Positions 58,395 to 64,000 of a stretch of 64,000 nt of DNA are shown here, piece after piece (the first letter of the stretch is position 1; each line of letters starts with the position of its first letter). Source of the stretch: a virus; IMG/VR virus record IMGVR_UViG_3300020394_000267, positions 27,070 to 91,069 of that record, one strand, 5' to 3'. The position numbers and the translations under genes are program-made. A model generated the notes under the pieces. The model did no database searches and had not been told where the DNA came from. It was given only the letters and a program-made list of their open reading frames with translations.

Positions 58395-59629
58395 CCAACA
58401 TTGCATTTATTGGATTTGGTAAATTAGGTAAACCTTGTGCTGAGGTGATTGCACAAAAAGGACACGATGTAAGTGTCTATGATACACGCGAAGTAGAAAG
58501 TGAATATTGTAACATTAAAGATACAATAGAAGAGGTTGTTAAAGATAGGTTATTTGTATTTGTCGCAGTACCAACACCACATGACCCATTGTACGATGGT
58601 TCAGAACCCACTTACCACTTACCACCGAAAGATTTCAATTACGATACTGTTAAAGAGGTAATCACAGAAGCAAATAAACATATGAATGAGAATCAGATAT
58701 TGGTTCTTATTAGTACTGTATTGCCTGGCACTGTAAGGAAAGAGTTTGTTCCTTTGATTACAAACACGAAGTTTGTTTACAATCCTTACTTGATTGCTAT
58801 GGGTACAGTCGCGTGGGATATGGTAAACCCAGAGATGGTAATGATAGGTACGGAGAACGGAGAAGAATCAGTAGAGGCACATAGTCTCATTCACTTTTAT
58901 AATGAGATAATGGAAAACTACCCTCGTTATGAAATTGGAACTTGGGATGAGTGCGAATGTATTAAAGTATTCTATAATACATTTATCAGCGCTAAGATTG
59001 GTCTTGTAAACATGATACAGGATGTCGCAGAGAGACAAGGTAATATCGATGTTGATGTAGTTGCTAATGCCTTGCGAGATAGTACGCAAAGAATCATGGG
59101 CCCAACCTATATGAAGCCTGGAATGGGAGATGGTGGTGCATGTCATCCAAGAGACAATATCGCACTTAGATATATGGCGCAAGAATTAAATTTAGGATAT
59201 GACTTGTTTGCTGAAATAATGAAGGCACGAGACATACAAGCAGAAAATATGGCAGTTGCCATTTTAAAACACGGAAACAAAATTGGATTTACATCCGACT
59301 CATATAAACCAGATGTTCCATATACAAACGGCAGTTACAGTCTACTAGTTCAACATTATGTAAAAGAACACGGTGGATTCATTACACCCCTTTCTTCACA
59401 CCCACATGTGATTGTAAAGGTACATGAGTCTGATTTAATAGCAACCGACTTTGAGGGGGTCGTATTTGACCCTTGGAGAAGTCATGTGGGAATAAATGTT
59501 GTACACTACGGAGATACGAGGAATGAAACAACGAACAAAAAAGAAACTGCACAAATTCATGAAAGCTGGGAGACTAACAAAAGTGATCAGGAAGGTGTTG
59601 TTGGAGGTCTCGGAGAAGACCGACTCTAA
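58391..59629 (+). CDS. ugd: UDP-glucose 6-dehydrogenase family protein
   Basis: IGFGKLG, VAVPTP, ISTVLPGT, KVFYNT, GDGGACHPRD. Confidence 0.88.
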   Translation: MTNIAFIGFGKLGKPCAEVIAQKGHDVSVYDTREVESEYCNIKDTIEEVVKDRLFVFVAVPTPHDPLYDGSEPTYHLPPKDFNYDTVKEVITEANKHMNENQILVLISTVLPGTVRKEFVPLITNTKFVYNPYLIAMGTVAWDMVNPEMVMIGTENGEESVEAHSLIHFYNEIMENYPRYEIGTWDECECIKVFYNTFISAKIGLVNMIQDVAERQGNIDVDVVANALRDSTQRIMGPTYMKPGMGDGGACHPRDNIALRYMAQELNLGYDLFAEIMKARDIQAENMAVAILKHGNKIGFTSDSYKPDVPYTNGSYSLLVQHYVKEHGGFITPLSSHPHVIVKVHESDLIATDFEGVVFDPWRSHVGINVVHYGDTRNETTNKKETAQIHESWETNKSDQEGVVGGLGEDRL

Positions 59630-59726
59630 ACTTGATGAGATAGAGCAAAAAGAAAAAGAAAAACAAGAAGCTCTTGAAAAGAAACTCAAAAAGATGAGAG
59701 AACGAGACCCATTTATATATGACTAG
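59523..59726 (+). CDS. Small basic protein ending RDPFIYD
   Basis: GGAG/GAGG RBS; KKMRERDPFIY motif; overlaps the 3' end of ugd. Confidence 0.6.
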   Translation: MKQRTKKKLHKFMKAGRLTKVIRKVLLEVSEKTDSKLDEIEQKEKEKQEALEKKLKKMRERDPFIYD

Positions 59727-60588
59727 ATTAGTTGGATACGGTTGTTCTTTTACTGCTGGTGCGGAATTAGCAGACCATGATATGTTGGGATGTGACATAG
59801 AGACAGTCGATAACTTAAAAAGACAAGGATTGGTTTGGGATGAAATATGGAAAAAGTTGGGTCACGATGTTGACCCCTTTGCCGATTTTCACGATTTATT
59901 TAGAACCGTCAAACTTGAAGAGATTCCCAATTTAAAAGAAGGGGAAGATATTTGTAGGTCAAGAAGTTGGGTTAGATACCTCGCGGAACTTAGGGGACAT
60001 GATAGATACAAAAATCATGCACAGGGAGGCACCAGTTTAACAACAGTAATATATTTCTTAGAAACTGATATTATTAATGGATGGGTTAATCCAGAGGAAG
60101 ATGAAATTATTGTACAGGTTCCACACATATACAGATGGATGACATTTGATATAGATGGTAATTTTAGTCCAATCAGACCAGAAAATATATTTGAATCTAT
60201 GATAAAATTTAAACAGGAACATGACAATAACTTCATGGCAAGTGAAAGTGCTTATCTTGTTAATGAAATGAATTATTGGAATTTAACTTGGAGATACTAC
60301 CAACAATTAAAACATTTACATAACATAGGTGTTAAATTCTTTTTTATAGAGTCACCGCCACTAAGAATGAGAGACCAAGTAGTAAGTGATGTTGATATAT
60401 CACAGAAGGCACATGAATATGTAAGAGAAGATTTTGAAAAGTATTGGAATTGGATTGATAGTAATGCAATAGATACGAAACCAGTTTGGCAAAATTGGAC
60501 TCGTTCTAAAAGACATGGAAACAATCATTACTTTGAAAGAACACAAATTGATATTGCGAGATATTTAAATGATAAGTTGGGGAATTAG
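59719..60588 (+). CDS. SGNH-hydrolase-like protein
   Basis: GYGCSFTAG, NHAQGGTS, C-terminal NNHY. Confidence 0.6.
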   Translation: MTRLVGYGCSFTAGAELADHDMLGCDIETVDNLKRQGLVWDEIWKKLGHDVDPFADFHDLFRTVKLEEIPNLKEGEDICRSRSWVRYLAELRGHDRYKNHAQGGTSLTTVIYFLETDIINGWVNPEEDEIIVQVPHIYRWMTFDIDGNFSPIRPENIFESMIKFKQEHDNNFMASESAYLVNEMNYWNLTWRYYQQLKHLHNIGVKFFFIESPPLRMRDQVVSDVDISQKAHEYVREDFEKYWNWIDSNAIDTKPVWQNWTRSKRHGNNHYFERTQIDIARYLNDKLGN

Positions 60589-61984
60589 TGCTTGTACACA
60601 TGACGCTTCTTTAGCGGTTGTTAGAGATGATGAGATATTGTTTGCCTCTCATAGTGAGAGATTTAGCGGTATAAAAAATGACGCATTTCTCAATCCAGAA
60701 ATTATCATGGAAGCGAAAAAATATGGTGAACCAGATTTTGTTTATTGGTACGAAAATCCTTGGTTAAAATGGACAAGGAAAAAATACGCGAAACAACAAA
60801 GACCTTGGTTAAGTCCTAAGAAATACTTAAAACACTTTGGAGTCAAGGCGCCTTATTATACCACGCACCACAAATCACATGCGGCTGCTGGGTACTACAC
60901 TTCACCATTTAAAAGTTCTGCTATATTAGTTATTGATGCTATTGGAGAGTGGACTACTACATCTATATGGAAGGACATGAAGTGTATTTGGACTTCTAGG
61001 TATCCTAATTCATTGGGATTGTTCTATTCCGCGATGACAGATAGAATTGGACTGAAGGCAAATGAAGATGAGTATATTCTTATGGGTATGGCTGCATATG
61101 GTGACCCAAATAGATTTCATCGTGATATTAAACGATTACTAAAAGAAAACTTGCATAGAGGGTGTAGATGGTGGAACCCAGATTTAAAAGAAGAGGATTA
61201 TTTTGATGTCGCAGCTGCTACACAAAAAATTTATGAATGGGAGTTTAGAAAATTATTGTTTACAACTGCAAGATTAACAGATGAAACTAATTTAGTTTTC
61301 ATGGGTGGATGTGCCTTAAATTGTTTGGCGAATAGATTTATTCCAGAATATTTTTCTAATCATTGGATTATGCCCAATCCAGGCGATGCTGGTTCTTCTA
61401 TTGGTGCGATTGCAGCTAGGGAACACAAAAAGTTGAAATGGAAAACACCTTACCTTGGATATAACATAGAGGGTACATATCCAACCAATGACCTATTATC
61501 AAATCTAAATGCACTTAAAATAGTTGGTGTTGCAAATGGTAGGGCAGAGTTTGGGCCAAGAGCATTGGGGAATAGAAGTTTACTCGCAGACCCAAAAGGT
61601 TCAGAGATGAAAGATGTTGTTAATAAGATTAAAAAGAGACAGGAGTTTAGACCCTTTGCACCAGTTATACTAGAGTCAGAAGTACACAAGTATTTTGATG
61701 TACCAGAAGGATTCCAATCACCGTACATGCAACATGTCGTTAAATGTAAAGAACCAGAACTGTTTCCCGCCATAGTACACAAAGATGGAACCAGTAGAGT
61801 CCAGACTGTTAATGACGAACAACACAGCGGATTATCTCAGTTATTAAGGAGATGGAAAACACATAGTGGACATCCTATCCTTCTAAATACTAGTTTGAAC
61901 ATCAAGGGCGAACCAATCGTCAATGATGAAAAAGATGCAGCTAGGTTTGAAAAGAAGTATGGAGTTAAAGTGTGCGTGAGATAA
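60569..61984 (+). CDS. O-carbamoyltransferase (NodU/CmcH family)
   Basis: HDAS, ERFSGIKND, HHKSHAAAG, GGCALNC, EFGPRALGNRS, FRPFAP, LNTSLN. Confidence 0.93.
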   Translation: MISWGISACTHDASLAVVRDDEILFASHSERFSGIKNDAFLNPEIIMEAKKYGEPDFVYWYENPWLKWTRKKYAKQQRPWLSPKKYLKHFGVKAPYYTTHHKSHAAAGYYTSPFKSSAILVIDAIGEWTTTSIWKDMKCIWTSRYPNSLGLFYSAMTDRIGLKANEDEYILMGMAAYGDPNRFHRDIKRLLKENLHRGCRWWNPDLKEEDYFDVAAATQKIYEWEFRKLLFTTARLTDETNLVFMGGCALNCLANRFIPEYFSNHWIMPNPGDAGSSIGAIAAREHKKLKWKTPYLGYNIEGTYPTNDLLSNLNALKIVGVANGRAEFGPRALGNRSLLADPKGSEMKDVVNKIKKRQEFRPFAPVILESEVHKYFDVPEGFQSPYMQHVVKCKEPELFPAIVHKDGTSRVQTVNDEQHSGLSQLLRRWKTHSGHPILLNTSLNIKGEPIVNDEKDAARFEKKYGVKVCVR

Positions 61985-62838
61985 AGTATCATAATGATGA
62001 AACCATAAAAGTTGATGGACTACATTTCTATGGATGTTCTTTTGTTGCTGGACAAGAATTATTAGATGAAGAAATGGGTAGTCCTATGTCTATACCAGTA
62101 GAACAGATGGCTAGACAGAAAAATGAACCTATTGAACAGTATTATAAAAGAAAATTATCCAGAGAACTTTTATTTAAAAAGAAGATAAAACTCGAAAGTC
62201 AATTAGCATGGCCTCAATACATGTGTAATACATTAAAGGTTAGATGTTTTAACCACGCGACACATGGTGCATCTATGACCGAAATAAAAGGCAGACTTTT
62301 TAATGATGTCATAGAAGGAAATATATCATCTTCTGAAGCGGTGGTTGTAGGACTTACTGGATTTGCTAGAGAAATGGTATTTAGTGAAAATACAAGTGGA
62401 CAGGAAATGTGGAAGACGAGAGAAGGTGGAGTTAGGAGTATGGTTGTTGCTACTGACTATGAACGAAGGGGTGATAATGACTTTGCTAGGAAGTATATGG
62501 ACTTGAAAGGAACTTTCACTTTATTTTATTATTTTCTTCATGAAATATACAGTATTATCAATTTATGCAAAATAAATGACATAAAATTTTACTTAATACC
62601 CATGTTAGACCGTTTTGAGTCAGAATTTTACGAAAAACAGTTTGACTTTGATATAAAATCTCAAGAATTTAGTTCTCACATAGATTTCCTAGAATCAGAA
62701 ATAGATAAGTATATAATAATAGGAACAAAGGTTGACCCTTTAGGGGGCAACATCATTAAGAGACTACCAAGGGGCCATCCTTGTATTGAGAGTCACGAAA
62801 AATATGGTATCAAGGTTGGTAAGAAGTTATTAACATGA
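61972..62838 (+). CDS. SGNH-hydrolase-like protein
   Basis: FYGCSFVAG, NHATHGAS, GHPCIESH. Confidence 0.6.
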   Translation: MREIKYHNDETIKVDGLHFYGCSFVAGQELLDEEMGSPMSIPVEQMARQKNEPIEQYYKRKLSRELLFKKKIKLESQLAWPQYMCNTLKVRCFNHATHGASMTEIKGRLFNDVIEGNISSSEAVVVGLTGFAREMVFSENTSGQEMWKTREGGVRSMVVATDYERRGDNDFARKYMDLKGTFTLFYYFLHEIYSIINLCKINDIKFYLIPMLDRFESEFYEKQFDFDIKSQEFSSHIDFLESEIDKYIIIGTKVDPLGGNIIKRLPRGHPCIESHEKYGIKVGKKLLT

Positions 62839-63140
62839 GTAATATACTGAAGTTCCCTAAAAAACACAGATGGGAACCTACTGGATACAGAATAAATTTA
62901 TATACAGAAGAGGACATTTATATCGTTCTTTTATGTCTTAACATATCCGATGATCTTGATGACCCAAAAAAATGGGTCAGGCAAGACCTACGCACCCTAG
63001 AACCAGAATTTGTCATCGATAAAATGTCTGACTGCCTAGACAATCAAATAATATCAGATCCATGTAAAAAACAAATACGCAGAATTATTCAGTCTGCTGA
63101 AGTTCTGCCATTATCAGCACTAAGAGGAGAGACTATGTAA
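62835..63140 (+). CDS. Hypothetical protein
   Basis: 101 aa; MSNILKFP N-terminus. Confidence 0.6.
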   Translation: MSNILKFPKKHRWEPTGYRINLYTEEDIYIVLLCLNISDDLDDPKKWVRQDLRTLEPEFVIDKMSDCLDNQIISDPCKKQIRRIIQSAEVLPLSALRGETM

Positions 63141-63197
63141 TAGAAATCTTTATGATGGAACTCAAATTTATCAATCAACCATCTGGAGAGATACCAA

Positions 63198-63959
63198 ATG
63201 CCAAGACGCAAAACCAACCTTCAAGTAATCGAAAATTTAAATTCCGATGTGAGAAAAGTGAAGGAAAAATCAACTTTAAAAATGCGTATAGAGGATTTAA
63301 TTACAGTCGATGCAATCACAGAAACCCAAGGACACTTTTTCTCAGAATATAACAAAGATGCTAAAGCAATGTTACTGCATGGGTGTGCTGGTACAGGAAA
63401 AACATACATCGCTCTGTACAAAGCATTAGAGGAGGTTTTACAAAGAGGAAACCCATATAAAAAAGTTGTTATCATTAGGTCTGCTGTGCCATCAAGAGAG
63501 ATAGGACATTTGCCGGGCGATGAAACCGAAAAGACCGCTGTTTACATGCAACCATATATTGACATGTGTTCAGATTTATTCCCCAAAAAACAACAATCAT
63601 TTCAAAGATTAATGGAACAAAAATATGTAGAGTGGATGATTACATCTTTTGTTAGGGGTATTACACTAGACAATTCAATTATTATAGTAGATGAATGCCA
63701 AAATATGAATGATATGGAGATAAATTCAATCATAACTCGCGTGGGACATAGTAGTAAAATACTGTTTTGCGGAGACTTTAGACAAACAGACCTATATAAG
63801 AGAGGTGATTTAAGTGGATTGCAGAAATTCATGGTAATTGCTGAAAATATGCCTTCATTTAGGACTTTAGAGTTCGATACAGACGATATTGTTAGGTCAG
63901 ACCTAGTAAAAGAGTACTTAATGGCGAGAATGTCATATGAAGAGGAATATGGTACTTGA
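63198..63959 (+). CDS. phoH: PhoH-family ATPase
   Basis: GCAGTGKT, IGHLPGD, SFVRG.TL, DECQN, GDFRQTDL, DIVRS. Confidence 0.95.
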   Translation: MPRRKTNLQVIENLNSDVRKVKEKSTLKMRIEDLITVDAITETQGHFFSEYNKDAKAMLLHGCAGTGKTYIALYKALEEVLQRGNPYKKVVIIRSAVPSREIGHLPGDETEKTAVYMQPYIDMCSDLFPKKQQSFQRLMEQKYVEWMITSFVRGITLDNSIIIVDECQNMNDMEINSIITRVGHSSKILFCGDFRQTDLYKRGDLSGLQKFMVIAENMPSFRTLEFDTDDIVRSDLVKEYLMARMSYEEEYGT

Positions 63960-63984
63960 CATTTGCTTCAAAGGCTAGTATAAT
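63956..63984 (+). promoter_or_regulatory. Consensus sigma70 promoter TTGACA-N17-TATAAT
   Basis: Exact consensus at the phoH stop. Confidence 0.8.
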
Positions 63985-64000
63985 GGTCACATAATTATAG

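Noticed and set aside
1-64000. Cyanophage assignment
   Set aside because: No photosynthesis genes in the window; IHF sites and the TonB receptor fit a proteobacterial host better; the host cannot be fixed from this window

Overview
Fragment of an AT-rich, T4-like (myovirus) phage genome, probably marine. IHF consensus sites, sigma70 promoters and a TonB-dependent receptor point to a Gram-negative proteobacterial host. Left part: modular Lys/Glu-rich probable internal head proteins and small virion proteins, then a replication and nucleotide block (primase gp61, thyX, nrdA/nrdB, dCMP deaminase, RNase H) mixed with accessory genes (QueC-like, radical SAM, three methyltransferases, TonB receptor, SGNH-like proteins). 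Middle: small early genes behind strong sigma70 promoters; a ~1 kb non-coding locus (29.44-30.46 kb) with divergent promoters, an IHF site and GC-rich structured RNAs; a non-canonical tRNA-Gly followed by an unassigned structured RNA; a glutamine riboswitch upstream of a DUF4278 peptide; and a minus-strand module of exported/membrane proteins. Right part: a ~22 kb tailoring-enzyme island (desaturase, 2OG-Fe oxygenase, GNAT, methyltransferase, two UDP-sugar dehydrogenases, epimerase, seven clustered radical SAM enzymes with N-terminal twitch/SPASM domains, glycosyltransferase-like proteins, carbamoyltransferase), ending at phoH. Across the window, restriction-type palindromes (CCGG, CCWGG, GGNCC, CCATGG) were seen only where they overlap GGC/GCC, and GATC is rare except in promoter -10 boxes. 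This hints at sequence-specific DNA modification. All calls come from reading motifs by eye; no database searches were run.
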